Origin: an uncultured Bacillales bacterium
GTDB lineage: Bacteria > Bacillota_I > Bacilli_A > RF39 > UBA660
NCBI GenBank assembly: GCA_946410555.1
Contig: CAMKAT010000003.1
Coordinates: forward strand, 5,007 to 69,006
Reading direction: 5' to 3'
Length of the DNA: 64,000 nt
Positions 47,568 through 59,022 of this stretch are shown one piece after another. The position numbers and the translations under genes are program-made. Below the pieces are notes generated by a model. That model searched no databases and was not told the DNA's origin. It saw only the letters and a list, made by a program, of their open reading frames with translations. The number at the start of each line of letters is the position of its first letter. Position 1 is the first letter of the stretch.

Positions 47568-49697
47568 CTATACCCAGAATTCAAATATTTGTCTTATTTG
47601 ATAATAGAACATATATCTAGTAAGTGTTGTATCTGTAAGTAAGAAACAAATACTTGAAAGAATAATAGATATAAATATTATTCTTAATACAGATAATCTT
47701 AATTTACTCTTAGTTAATTCAGGTTCAAATTTAAATGTAGCTATGATTGTAGCAAAGTAAATCATGAAGCCAAAGTCTAATATATATCTAGGTAGGATAC
47801 CTGCCATTTCAGTATCAACTATTGCAATTATTAGTGAGAATACTAAGTACATAATACTTAATATGTATGGTAGTTTATTTCTAAATCTATTTTTAATCTT
47901 ATATAAGAATAAACTTAATATACATAATGCATTTGACCAGAAGAATCCAGCAGGCATTGTTTCATAAATAGTAGTTCCTATGTAATTAATAACTACATCT
48001 TTTCTTAAGATAAATGGGAACTTAACAGATAAAAGTGGTGCATTAACAAAGTAATAGAAAATACCACTTGGAATTCTACCCATTACCCATCCTCTCTTAG
48101 TCATATCATTTGTAGTTAAGTTATAGTTAGCTCCAAAGTCTGTTACTGAACCAAATCTTAAATAGTTATAAGCCATTAATAGTCCAGCTACTACTAAGTA
48201 AGGAAGTACAAATGCAAATACTTTCTTTAGATTCTCTTTCTTCATTAATTCTTTAACTTTATCCCAGAAGATTGGAATTGCTAAGAATGAAGTAAGTAGA
48301 AGTTGTGGTCTACATGCAGCAACTAATGCCATACATAAACTACCAAGTAGATAATATCTAGTTTTATTTGTTTCACGTGCTTTTAACCAAGCAATTAAAC
48401 CATATAAGCTAAACATTACTCCCATTAATATTGGTAAATAATAATGATCTGGTCTTCCATAAGTATGTAAGATTCCACATCCATTAACGAAACTTAAGAA
48501 TAGTATTATAAATAATCCTAAGTTAACATCATTCTTAAACCACATTTTAACTATACGTTTCATAAGCAAGAAGACTGCTAATGTACAAAGTAAACCAGTT
48601 ATAAATATACATGTACTTGTTTTAATATGTGTTTTAAATATTAAGTAATGAGGTAAATAATAGAAGATTACTGGAGCTACTCCAAAATAAACATAATACT
48701 TTCCTTTATAATAAGCACAATCCCAAAGATATTCTTCATCACTATCTTTGAAGATTGAATCTCTCTTATTAGTGTCATATGGATTCTTCATATTCTTTAG
48801 AAGTTCACTTGGTTCTTCTTCAAGATAAAGGTGTCCATGAGAAAAACTTTCAGCAAGGAACTTATATTGATCTCTTTGTCCTGTTTGAATACCAAAGTTT
48901 TCTTTAACAAAGTATCCATTTAAACTAAATGCAAATATAAATAATGCAAGTTGAGCTACTAACATACCAATTAAGTATTTCTTAGATTCTTTATCCCCTA
49001 GTTTAAGTTTCCAAATCTTTGCTTTAGGTCCAAATACAATCCATAATAAGAATACAAAATAAATGCTTAACATTCTAATTATAGAGAAATTAAAGTTATA
49101 TTTCTTATTAATTACAATCTTATTAATTGCAAAGTATTGATCATCTCCACCATTAAAGTAAATTCTTAATTTAGATGATTTACCAGCAAGATTAAAGTGC
49201 ATTATATCTCCAGTATCTTTAGATGCTAAGATAGATCTTGATTGAGTATATTTATACTTACTATTAGCAGCATCAGTATAACCAAAAGATACCCAGATAA
49301 CTTGATTCTTTAATTGATCACCTTTATATGTTCTTGAATCTAAATCAATATATACATCTTTGATTTCTTCATTCAAATCAATAACTTCAATACAATTTCT
49401 TGTTCCTTGAGCAATATTAATTGTACCTTCATCATCAATGTCTAATCCTTCACATAAAGTATAATCTTTATTAGTTATTACATGTTCTTCATAATTCATA
49501 GATTCATAGAATCTAAAATTAAATAAAGATGATTCTAATACTATTAGAACTATCCATACAATTAAACTATATTTTATAAATTTATTCTTTTTAAATCTAA
49601 CGTATAAGCATATATGAGTTAATAATATAATTAATGACACAATAATAGATATTATGTTCATAGGTAATCCAACCATAATTACACTACTCCTTTTCAT
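47568..49697 (-). CDS. Polytopic membrane glycosyltransferase-like protein (GT-C/PMT-like)
   Basis: 709 aa; ILTHICLYVRF, CAYYKGKYYVYFGVAPVIFYYLPHYLIF, many TMs, FGRPDHYYLPILMG-like region. Confidence 0.6.
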   Translation of the reverse strand: MKRSSVIMVGLPMNIISIIVSLIILLTHICLYVRFKKNKFIKYSLIVWIVLIVLESSLFNFRFYESMNYEEHVITNKDYTLCEGLDIDDEGTINIAQGTRNCIEVIDLNEEIKDVYIDLDSRTYKGDQLKNQVIWVSFGYTDAANSKYKYTQSRSILASKDTGDIMHFNLAGKSSKLRIYFNGGDDQYFAINKIVINKKYNFNFSIIRMLSIYFVFLLWIVFGPKAKIWKLKLGDKESKKYLIGMLVAQLALFIFAFSLNGYFVKENFGIQTGQRDQYKFLAESFSHGHLYLEEEPSELLKNMKNPYDTNKRDSIFKDSDEEYLWDCAYYKGKYYVYFGVAPVIFYYLPHYLIFKTHIKTSTCIFITGLLCTLAVFLLMKRIVKMWFKNDVNLGLFIILFLSFVNGCGILHTYGRPDHYYLPILMGVMFSLYGLIAWLKARETNKTRYYLLGSLCMALVAACRPQLLLTSFLAIPIFWDKVKELMKKENLKKVFAFVLPYLVVAGLLMAYNYLRFGSVTDFGANYNLTTNDMTKRGWVMGRIPSGIFYYFVNAPLLSVKFPFILRKDVVINYIGTTIYETMPAGFFWSNALCILSLFLYKIKNRFRNKLPYILSIMYLVFSLIIAIVDTEMAGILPRYILDFGFMIYFATIIATFKFEPELTKSKLRLSVLRIIFISIILSSICFLLTDTTLTRYMFYYQIRQIFEFWV

Positions 49698-49735
49698 TTA
49701 AATTTTATCACTTAAACCTCACGTAAACAATTACT

Positions 49736-50569
49736 TTACATTGCATCTATTAAAATACCAAATAATACACCTGTTAAGTAAATGATAGAAATAATTGTTA
49801 AATTTTCTTTTAAATTCTTATTTTGTTTAAATAAAAGTAATATACCAATACCTGCCCCTGGAAGTAATCCAGCAAGTAAAGTTCCTATAGTAATTAAATT
49901 AGATAAATATACTTGAGTAAGAATTACAGATGCAGCACAGTTAGGAATAAGTCCAAATAAAGAAGCAACTAAATACTTAAATATATTTTTACCTAATAGC
50001 ATATTAGTTAATGCTGTTTCACCTATATAATCAATAAGTAAATTAATAGCAAAATTAGCACTAAGAATAAATAAAGTGATTTTTAAAGTATGAATTAAAC
50101 TAGACATTACTATTCCATGATGTTCACAATCACAATGGTCATGTTCACATAACTCATGTACATGTAACTTTTCTTTCTTAGGTTTAATGATTAAATCTAC
50201 AAGTAAACCTATAACTATGGCAATAACTAGTTTAAATAAAAGAATCATTCCTAATTCTTTAAAAGCAGTATGTTCGGATAACATAATTGGAAGCATCTCA
50301 TCACTTGTAGATAAGAAAACTGCAATTATAGTACCCATAGTAATTACTCTTGATGAATAAAGATTAGAAGCTACTGCACTAAATCCACATTGAGGAAATA
50401 CTCCTAAGAATGCTCCTAAGATTGGTCCAAACTTTTTATTTTCTGTTTTTTTATTCTTATTTACTTTATGTTCTATTAACTCTAGTAATATAAAAGTAAC
50501 AAATAAGAATGGTACTATATGTAATGTATCAATTATTGCATCTTTTAGACAATCTAACATAAAAATCAC
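49736..50569 (-). CDS. Putative metal (manganese/arsenic-type) transporter, polytopic
   Basis: GPILGAFLGVFPQCGFSAVASNLYSSRVITMGTIIAVFLSTSDEMLPIML and GLIPNCAASVILTQVYLSNLITIGTLLAGLLPGAGIG inverted-duplicate motifs; His-rich loop. Confidence 0.7.
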   Translation of the reverse strand: MIFMLDCLKDAIIDTLHIVPFLFVTFILLELIEHKVNKNKKTENKKFGPILGAFLGVFPQCGFSAVASNLYSSRVITMGTIIAVFLSTSDEMLPIMLSEHTAFKELGMILLFKLVIAIVIGLLVDLIIKPKKEKLHVHELCEHDHCDCEHHGIVMSSLIHTLKITLFILSANFAINLLIDYIGETALTNMLLGKNIFKYLVASLFGLIPNCAASVILTQVYLSNLITIGTLLAGLLPGAGIGILLLFKQNKNLKENLTIISIIYLTGVLFGILIDAM

Positions 50570-50636
50570 CTCAAAACATATCGTTAAGATTATATAATAA
50601 AATACTCAAATACTCAATAAAAAAAGGACACTAGAA

Positions 50637-51365
50637 TTAGTGCCCATAGTAATCTTTAGTAATAATTAAATCACAGCTTCTCTTTCTTATATCTTTAATA
50701 AGAGTCTTTTTTCTTTTAGATTCAGATTCATAATATTCAATAAAATCTGTTAAAGATTCACTATTATATAAACAATTTGCTAATTCAGTATCATAAGTTG
50801 CTATTTTATCAATTAGTCTTACTCCATATACTGAGCTTTTAATTATTTTTTTTATAAATCTTATATTATCTCTATATAATTCATCGCTTTCTTTATTATC
50901 TAAGAATGCTCCATTATCTAAATCTATTAATTTAAATCCGAGTTTTTCATTATACAGAATATTTCTATAATTATCATCTCTTAATATATACTTTTCTTCA
51001 CTAATCTTGTAAGTATCTTCTTCAAGTCTTTTTAAATCATCTATGAATTTAGAAGCGTTCACTCTTAAACTTAATCTATTTACATTTTTAGCTTTAATAT
51101 AATCCATACCATATCCAGCTAAGAAACCTCTATCATCAGTTATTTTAAACTTTGGTGTCACATATGAATTTAAGTTAATTCTTGATAAACGCTCTAATTG
51201 ATAGTCTATATCCATAGTATTAAATATTGCTGTCATTGTATTATTACATTTATATATCTTATAGGCATTCTTTTTATCATGATAAACATATGCTTGAGTT
51301 CCTTGATGAAAAAAAAGAGACAATCTTTTAATTTCACTTGATTTTATTGATTCCATATAAATCAC
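50637..51365 (-). CDS. Protein kinase-like fold protein
   Basis: QAYVYHDKKNAYKIYK (VAIK-like Lys) and LRDDNYRNILYNEKLGFKLIDLDNG (catalytic loop plus DFG-like). Confidence 0.55.
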   Translation of the reverse strand: MIYMESIKSSEIKRLSLFFHQGTQAYVYHDKKNAYKIYKCNNTMTAIFNTMDIDYQLERLSRINLNSYVTPKFKITDDRGFLAGYGMDYIKAKNVNRLSLRVNASKFIDDLKRLEEDTYKISEEKYILRDDNYRNILYNEKLGFKLIDLDNGAFLDNKESDELYRDNIRFIKKIIKSSVYGVRLIDKIATYDTELANCLYNSESLTDFIEYYESESKRKKTLIKDIRKRSCDLIITKDYYGH

Positions 51366-51384
51366 CTGGGTAATATTATAAAAA

Positions 51385-51418
51385 AATAAGAATAAAAGTC
51401 AATTTATTCTTATTTTAC
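51385..51418 (-). terminator. Terminator of signal peptidase gene
   Basis: AAAATAAGAATAAA...TTTATTCTTATTTT, 14-bp arms. Confidence 0.7.
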
Positions 51419-52078
51419 TGATCCAAATCTATTAAATGGTAATATTACGAATGAAGTAATTCCTTTGATATCCTTTTTACTAATAGTACCAATCATTCTT
51501 GAGTCTTTAGAGACTCCTCTATTATCACCCATTACATAATATTCGCCTTCTGGTACTGTTATTTCTTCTTCACATATATCAGTATTATCATACTTGCATG
51601 TGTTTATTCTAGCAGTATCAGTTATGAATTTTTCTTCAATTTCTTTACCATTAATTAATAAGTGAGCTACTCTTGAAGAACCATTGTCTTCAATCTTATA
51701 TTGAATTTTTTCTCCAGGTAAAGCAATTACTCTTTTAATAAGTTTACCTTCATCTGTATCAATAACTACGATATCAAATCTTTTAATTCCAACTGTTTTA
51801 AGTCTCAATTTATATAAAAGCATAATATCTTTATTATGTAATGTTGGATACATACTTTCTCCACTTACATCTACTGGAGTCATAATAAATGTTCTAATAA
51901 GTACAACAAATACAATAATAATTATATAAGGTACTAACTCTTTAAACATTTCTTTTTTAGCACTCTTAGTAGCTGCATCAATTTCTTCTTGAGTATACTT
52001 CTTTTTTTCAGGTATTTCTATTTTTTCTGTAGTTTCTTTTTCTACAGTTTTCTTCTTGTTTGCCATTTTAATCACCAT
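51410..52078 (-). CDS. lepB: Signal peptidase I
   Basis: DVSGESMYPTLHNKDIML (Ser), IVVIDTDEGKLIKRVIALPGEK (Lys), YYVMGDNRGVSKDSR. Confidence 0.96.
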   Translation of the reverse strand: MVIKMANKKKTVEKETTEKIEIPEKKKYTQEEIDAATKSAKKEMFKELVPYIIIIVFVVLIRTFIMTPVDVSGESMYPTLHNKDIMLLYKLRLKTVGIKRFDIVVIDTDEGKLIKRVIALPGEKIQYKIEDNGSSRVAHLLINGKEIEEKFITDTARINTCKYDNTDICEEEITVPEGEYYVMGDNRGVSKDSRMIGTISKKDIKGITSFVILPFNRFGSVK

Positions 52079-52082
52079 TAAA

Positions 52083-52091
52083 ATTATATCA
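52083..52091 (-). promoter_or_regulatory. Extended -10 element TGATATAAT upstream of the signal peptidase gene
   Basis: Minus strand TTTTATGATATAATTTTAATGG. Confidence 0.6.
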
Positions 52092-52178
52092 TAAAATAAA
52101 TATGCAATAAATATAATTATCGTTTATAAAACCCACAGCTTTTATATAAAAATAACTAATAAAAAAAAGAAACTAATC

Positions 52179-52517
52179 TTAGTTTCTTTCTTTAACTTTG
52201 TATTCCCCAGACATCTTATCAATGAAGTTAAGTTTAGCTCTTCTAACATGTCCTTTTCTAGTTACAGTAATTTTGTCAACTAATGGTGAATTAACTTTGA
52301 AAATTCTCTTAACCCAAACGCTACCAGATTTTTTTCTTACAGTTACAGTAGCTCCGATTGATCCACCTTTCATTGATACTACTAATCCTTCGAAAGCTTG
52401 GATTCTTTCCTTGTTACCTTCTTTGATTTTGTAGTCTACTCTTACAGTATCTCCAACACGAAATTCAGGAATATCAGTTCTTACAGATTTAGCGTTTACT
52501 TTATCTACTAAATTCAT
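52179..52517 (-). CDS. rplS: Ribosomal protein L19
   Basis: IPEFRVGDTVRVDYKIKEGNKERIQAFEGLVV...VERIF-like VKRIFKVNSPLVDKITVTRKGHVRRAKLNF. Confidence 0.97.
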   Translation of the reverse strand: MNLVDKVNAKSVRTDIPEFRVGDTVRVDYKIKEGNKERIQAFEGLVVSMKGGSIGATVTVRKKSGSVWVKRIFKVNSPLVDKITVTRKGHVRRAKLNFIDKMSGEYKVKERN

Positions 52518-52606
52518 CTTAAAACCAATCCTTTCTAATAATATACACCCACAGAATCATAAGCATTTGCTCAGCGGATTAAGTTTAGCTTTTTCACAAA
52601 GCAAAA

Positions 52607-52627
52607 ATAGTATACCATGTATACTAT
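52607..52627 (-). terminator. Terminator of 52645..53022
   Basis: ATAGTATAC-CAT-GTATACTAT then TTTTTG on the minus strand. Confidence 0.75.
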
Positions 52628-52644
52628 CCTTTTGCAAGTCATAA

Positions 52645-53022
52645 TTATTTAGTTAACTTTTTAACGTGTTTATCAGCGTTATTTAAATCATTTTCTATAT
52701 GATATAGTTCTTCTCTTTTTTCAGGTAAATCCATTTCTATATCAGTTGCTTCATAAGCATTTTTTAATAGTCTTAAAGCACCACCGACAACACCAAATGC
52801 TAATGGAGGAGCCATTAGACTCATAGTTTCATCACTAAATTTTGAAATAGCACCAAGACAGATAACTCCGATTGAAGTAACCATAATTGCACCATCAATT
52901 ATGCATCTTTTTTCACAATCGTGTAGGTCTTTTTCATCACTTATAATTTCATTTTTCTTTAATACTTTTCTAAATAATGCATTATTTTTAAGTTTCATTG
53001 ATTCATTATATTCTTTATTCAT
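52645..53022 (-). CDS. Hypothetical protein with two hydrophobic segments
   Basis: 125-aa ORF; GAIMVTSIGVICLGAISKF, MAPPLAFGVVGGALRLL. Confidence 0.6.
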   Translation of the reverse strand: MNKEYNESMKLKNNALFRKVLKKNEIISDEKDLHDCEKRCIIDGAIMVTSIGVICLGAISKFSDETMSLMAPPLAFGVVGGALRLLKNAYEATDIEMDLPEKREELYHIENDLNNADKHVKKLTK

Positions 53023-53096
53023 AATTTTAACCTCTTTTCCGAAAGCAAATAAAATAATACCATAAAATCATTATTTTATCAAATTAAAGAAAGTGA

Positions 53097-54658
<1,562 letters not shown>

Positions 54659-54669
54659 TTATTTACTTA

Positions 54670-55698
54670 TTAATCTATGATTAACATTGCATCTCCAAAG
54701 GAGAAAAATCTAAACTTATTATCTACAGCATATTTATATGCATTCATAATATTTTCTTTACCTGCAAGTGCAGATACTAACATTACTAATGTACTCTTTG
54801 GTAAATGAAAATTAGTAATTAAATTATCTATTCCTTTGAATTCAAAACCAGGATAAATAAATATACTAGTTTCTGATACTTCTGGAGTAAATTCATCAAA
54901 TTTAGATCTATTAGTTTCAAGTACTCTTGTTGAAGTTGTTCCTACAGCAAATATCTTCCCACCATTTGCTCTTATTTTATTTAATTTCTCACAAGAATCT
55001 TTAGATAGTACATAAGACTCAGTATGCATTACATGTTTAGATACATCATCAACTTGAACTGGTCTAAATGTCCCTAACCCTACATTTAATGTAACTGGAA
55101 TAATTTCTATTCCTTTAGCTCTAACTTTATCTAGTAATTCTTCAGTAAAATGTAATCCAGCAGTTGGAGCAGCAGCAGATCCATAATTCTTAGCATAAAC
55201 TGTTTGATACATATCTTGATTATCTAGTTTTTCATGAATATATGGAGGAAGTGGCATTGTTCCAAGTCTTTCAAGGATTTCCATAAGAATTCCTTTATAT
55301 AAAAGTTTAACATGAGTAATACCATCAGGTAAGATTTCTGTTACTTCAGCTTTTAGCGATCCATCACCAAATGTAACAATAGTACCTATATGTAATCTCT
55401 TTTGTGGTTTAGATAAACATTCCCATTCATCTTTACCTAACTCTTTTAAAAGTAATAATTCTATTACTGCATGAGTATCAACTTTCTCACCAATTATTCT
55501 TGCTGGAATAACCTTAGTATCATTAATAACTAATGCATCTCCAGGATTTAAATAATCTATAATATCTGAGAATACTTTTTCTTCAATTTCACCAGTTTTT
55601 TTATGTAATACAAGTAGTCTTGCTTGGTCACGTTCTAAAAGAGGACTTTGGGCAATTAACTCTTCTGGTAAATAATAATCGAAATCATTAGTTCTCAT
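54670..55698 (-). CDS. queA: S-adenosylmethionine:tRNA ribosyltransferase-isomerase
   Basis: [31 protein letters not shown]; GLGTFRPV; the listed ORF starts at 55755, but SD GAGGTG places the start at ATG 55698. Confidence 0.96.
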   Translation of the reverse strand: MRTNDFDYYLPEELIAQSPLLERDQARLLVLHKKTGEIEEKVFSDIIDYLNPGDALVINDTKVIPARIIGEKVDTHAVIELLLLKELGKDEWECLSKPQKRLHIGTIVTFGDGSLKAEVTEILPDGITHVKLLYKGILMEILERLGTMPLPPYIHEKLDNQDMYQTVYAKNYGSAAAPTAGLHFTEELLDKVRAKGIEIIPVTLNVGLGTFRPVQVDDVSKHVMHTESYVLSKDSCEKLNKIRANGGKIFAVGTTSTRVLETNRSKFDEFTPEVSETSIFIYPGFEFKGIDNLITNFHLPKSTLVMLVSALAGKENIMNAYKYAVDNKFRFFSFGDAMLIID

Positions 55699-55773
55699 GT
55701 ATTTCACCTCTTTTTTCATCGTGTATAGTATACAATAGTTGCCCGTTTTAATCAAATATGTTTAAGGAAAAAT

Positions 55774-55797
55774 AAAAAGGAAATTTAATTCCTTTTT
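55774..55797 (-). terminator. Terminator closing ruvA-ruvB
   Basis: AAAAAGGAA...TTCCTTTTT just 3' of ruvB. Confidence 0.75.
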
Positions 55798-55799
55798 GC

Positions 55800-56801
55800 T
55801 TAAAATAATCTATTATCACTTATACCAATATGTTTATAAGCTTTTTCTGTAGCTACTCTACCTCTAGGTGTTCTTTTTATGAATCCTTCTTGCATTAAGA
55901 ATGGTTCTACTACTTCTTCAAGTGTAGATATTTCTTCTCCGATTGCGCTTGAAATAGTTTCGACTCCGACTGGACCTCCATTGAATTTTTCGATAAGCGT
56001 AGAAAGGTATTCAATGTCTATTCTATCAAGTCCATATTCATCTACTTTTAATCTATTTAAACTCTTTTTAGTTACTTCATCATTTATTTCATCTAAACCA
56101 TCAACAAGAGCAAAGTCTCTTACTCTTTTGAATAACCTATTAGCTATTCTTGGTGTTTTTCTAGATCTTTTAGCTAGTTCTAAAGCTGCTGAATCAGTTA
56201 TTGGCATATCAAGTACTCTACTTGTTCTTTTAACAATACTACTTAATTCTTCATCAGTATAATATTCAAGTTTATTTACTATTCCAAATCTATCTCTTAA
56301 AGGACTTGAAACATCACCAGCACGAGTTGTTGCACCAACCAAAGTGAATGGTGGTAAATCTATTTTTATACTTCTTGATGAAGAATCAGAACCTACAACT
56401 ATATCAAGTTCAAAGTCTTCCATCGCAGGATAAAGCATTTCTTCAATAAACTTAGGAAGTCTATGTATTTCATCAATGAATAAGACATCCCCAGGTTCTA
56501 GAGTTGAAAGAACTGCTGCTAAGTCACCACTCTTTTCGATTGATGGGCCACTTGCTGTTTTAAAGTTAGCACCTAATTCATTTGCGATAATATGAGCAAG
56601 TGTTGTTTTACCTAATCCAGGAGGACCATATAATAAAACATGATCTAGAGATTCATCTCTCATCTTAGCAGCTTCAATAAAAACTCTTAGATTCTCTTTA
56701 ACTTCTTTTTGTCCAACATATTCATCTAATATTTGAGGTCTTATGTTAGATTCAAATATTTCATCATTTCTTTTAGTGTCATAAAGTTCATTGGATTTCA
56801 T
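55800..56801 (-). CDS. ruvB: Holliday junction branch migration DNA helicase RuvB
   Basis: RPQ-like start, [48 protein letters not shown]. Confidence 0.98.
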   Translation of the reverse strand: MKSNELYDTKRNDEIFESNIRPQILDEYVGQKEVKENLRVFIEAAKMRDESLDHVLLYGPPGLGKTTLAHIIANELGANFKTASGPSIEKSGDLAAVLSTLEPGDVLFIDEIHRLPKFIEEMLYPAMEDFELDIVVGSDSSSRSIKIDLPPFTLVGATTRAGDVSSPLRDRFGIVNKLEYYTDEELSSIVKRTSRVLDMPITDSAALELAKRSRKTPRIANRLFKRVRDFALVDGLDEINDEVTKKSLNRLKVDEYGLDRIDIEYLSTLIEKFNGGPVGVETISSAIGEEISTLEEVVEPFLMQEGFIKRTPRGRVATEKAYKHIGISDNRLF

Positions 56802-56812
56802 ATAACACCTCC

Positions 56813-57367
56813 TTATTTAAGCATTAATCTTAAAGCATCTTTTATTTGTTCTTCTAAACTCTTAGTGTAATCAATGTTAGGTAAAACTTTCTTAATTTCT
56901 GGCTTCTTATATCCTAAGTTATCTAATACTTCAACAAGTTCATTAGAACCAACTGATGCACTTTCATTACCAGAAACAGCAAGTTTACCTTTTAAGTCTA
57001 AGATAATTTGTCTTGCTAGTTTATCTCCTACCTTAGGGAACTTAGTTAAATATAAAACATTTTCTCTATCAATTGCATCTATGATTCCATCAGGTGAACC
57101 TGTTGCAAACATAGGAAGTGCAATCTTAGGACCTAATCCTTTAACATTAATAAGTTTTAAGAATAACTCTTTTTCTTCTTCAGTTTTAAAACCGAATAAA
57201 GCTTGTGAGTTTTCAGTTATATGATGATATAAATATACTTTATATTCTTTACCTATCTCAAAAGCATATGGATTTGATACATAAACATCATATCCAATAC
57301 CATTATTATCTACTACTATTAAAGCAGATGTTTGATCTACTATTGTACCTTTTATGTAATTATACAT
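56813..57367 (-). CDS. ruvA: Holliday junction branch migration protein RuvA
   Basis: [70 protein letters not shown]. Confidence 0.96.
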   Translation of the reverse strand: MYNYIKGTIVDQTSALIVVDNNGIGYDVYVSNPYAFEIGKEYKVYLYHHITENSQALFGFKTEEEKELFLKLINVKGLGPKIALPMFATGSPDGIIDAIDRENVLYLTKFPKVGDKLARQIILDLKGKLAVSGNESASVGSNELVEVLDNLGYKKPEIKKVLPNIDYTKSLEEQIKDALRLMLK

Positions 57368-57387
57368 ATAATCACCATCCTGAAATA

Positions 57388-57396
57388 ATTATATCA
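57388..57396 (-). promoter_or_regulatory. Extended -10 element TGATATAAT upstream of ruvA
   Basis: Minus strand TGTATGATATAATTATTTCAGG. Confidence 0.6.
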
Positions 57397-57483
57397 TACA
57401 TTCGTACGAATATATCTATTAATTTATTATTTTTCAAAAAAAATACTTGATAAAATCAAGTATTTTATATTTAAAGAAAAAAT

Positions 57484-58116
57484 CTATTCTTCCGTATAAT
57501 AAACCATTGCATGAATATCATCAGGAGACCATAAATGCCATTCACCACCATGTCTGGTTAGAGTATCATTTTCAGGATTATATGTATAAACCAATTTATT
57601 ATTAATAACCTTTTTAGTTTGTTTAGTTATTGTAGTACTACTGGCATTTTTCATTTCTAATATATCTCTTACTTCAATATCAGATTTAATAGTAATAACG
57701 TTATCCACTTCAGTGTATGAACAATTATTACCAATATAAAAATAATAAATACCCCGTTTAGTTTCATAATCTTGTAAATATACTCCTGAAAAATCTTTAA
57801 AATTTAAATAACACCAACCATTATCACCAAAAGTTATTTTACCAGATTTATAATTTGTAGTTTTTACAATTATAAATTCTTTATTTAAATATTTTCTTTG
57901 TTTTTTAGTTGTTGTCTCAGTGGTTTCAGTTGTACTTTCAGGATTAATACTAATGCGATTATTTTCTCTTTTATCAAAAGTTAATACTAATAATATTATT
58001 ATAATAAAAACAATTAATAAGCACTTAATAATTTTTTGAGAATTAAAATTATTACTATTTTTTATTTTTTTCTTAGTAGTCTTTTTAATATTCTTTTTAG
58101 TTTTCTTTTTAGTCAT
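57484..58116 (-). CDS. Single-TM protein with extracytoplasmic domain and Thr-rich spacer
   Basis: Lys-rich N-terminus, TM IIKCLLIVFIIIILLVLTF, PESTTETTETTTKK, Trp/Cys-containing ectodomain. Confidence 0.6.
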   Translation of the reverse strand: MTKKKTKKNIKKTTKKKIKNSNNFNSQKIIKCLLIVFIIIILLVLTFDKRENNRISINPESTTETTETTTKKQRKYLNKEFIIVKTTNYKSGKITFGDNGWCYLNFKDFSGVYLQDYETKRGIYYFYIGNNCSYTEVDNVITIKSDIEVRDILEMKNASSTTITKQTKKVINNKLVYTYNPENDTLTRHGGEWHLWSPDDIHAMVYYTEE

Positions 58117-58501
58117 TATTTTTCTCCTTTGTAAAACATTTAAAGGAAGAATTTAATTCATCATCTACTGTAACTTCACCATTTTCTACAATCTTCATTC
58201 TTTCCGCAATTATATAATAATCATAGTATCTAAAAGTTGTTTCAATTTCTGTAATATAGCCATTATTATTTCCGCTAATAGTACATAATATCTCGTTTCC
58301 TAATTTATATGTGCAATCGCTCTTTCTTATAGAATCAAATTTTTCAGAAATACACGCTTTATAGTCATATGGTAGATTTTTATTAAAAAACATATCATAA
58401 ACAACTATAGCTAAAAGTATAATAACGATAACTAGTAAAATAGATGATATAGGTAGTATATACTTATAAAGATTAAACTTCTTTTTATTCACTTTTTTCA
58501 T
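58109..58501 (-). CDS. Single-TM protein with Cys-containing ectodomain
   Basis: ILPISSILLVIVIILLAIVVYDMFF; overlaps the next gene by 8 nt. Confidence 0.6.
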   Translation of the reverse strand: MKKVNKKKFNLYKYILPISSILLVIVIILLAIVVYDMFFNKNLPYDYKACISEKFDSIRKSDCTYKLGNEILCTISGNNNGYITEIETTFRYYDYYIIAERMKIVENGEVTVDDELNSSFKCFTKEKNND

Positions 58502-58519
58502 TTGACCTGATCACCAATA

Positions 58520-58906
58520 TTAATCACATAATACTTTCTCATTATAATAATATTCTTTATAAAGCACATCATTTATATATACTTCTAATTTTTCATATGC
58601 AATACCATTACCTACTGTTGTTTGAAATTTATTTCTATATCTTGTATTACCTGATACTCTTTCACAAATAATTATACCACCTGATTTACTACAGGATCCT
58701 AAATCCGACATCTTAAATTTACTCAAACATTTTATATAATCTGTAGAATTATCATCCGAATTAATTCCCATATGTAAAATACAAGGAATAGCAATGATAA
58801 AAATGATGCCACTTATAATTATACCAGTTAATTGCACGCCCAAATTATTGTTATTTTCACTGCTGTCATTTTGTTTTTTGGCGGTTTTTTTCTTCCCTTT
58901 ACTCAT
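58520..58906 (-). CDS. Single-TM protein with Cys-containing ectodomain
   Basis: LTGIIISGIIFIIAIPCILHM; same topology as its two downstream neighbours. Confidence 0.6.
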   Translation of the reverse strand: MSKGKKKTAKKQNDSSENNNNLGVQLTGIIISGIIFIIAIPCILHMGINSDDNSTDYIKCLSKFKMSDLGSCSKSGGIIICERVSGNTRYRNKFQTTVGNGIAYEKLEVYINDVLYKEYYYNEKVLCD

Positions 58907-58940
58907 ATAAACACACTCTCCTAGTTGAATAATAATACGA

Positions 58941-58967
58941 CCCCCCCCTCTGTCAACTTTGTTGACA
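58941..58967 (-). promoter_or_regulatory. Candidate promoter region with consensus TTGACA -35 in an inverted repeat and a G8 tract downstream of it
   Basis: Minus strand TGTCAAC-AAA-GTTGACAGAGGGGGGGGTCGTATTATTC; -35 TTGACA is plus 58951..58956. Confidence 0.45.
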
Positions 58968-58997
58968 ACTTTTCATTTGTGTTTACACACAAAACAA

Positions 58998-59022
58998 AAA
59001 AGTTGCTAAATTAGCAACTTTT
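58998..59022 (-). terminator. polC terminator
   Basis: AAAAGTTGCTAA-A-TTAGCAACTTTT, 12-bp arms, T-rich tail on the minus strand. Confidence 0.85.

Noticed and set aside
52518-52606. Possible ribosomal protein L19 leader RNA upstream of rplS
   Set aside because: A promoter-like TGTATATTATT sits only ~25-30 nt before rplS, leaving little room for a structured leader; I could not confirm the consensus without a covariance search (Infernal RF00556).
54708-56262. Plus-strand ORFs such as 55879..56262, 56874..57224, 60182..60379 and 59529..59768 opposite housekeeping genes
   Set aside because: They lie antisense to ruvB, ruvA and polC, lack SD/promoter context, and are expected from long open antisense frames in AT-rich DNA.
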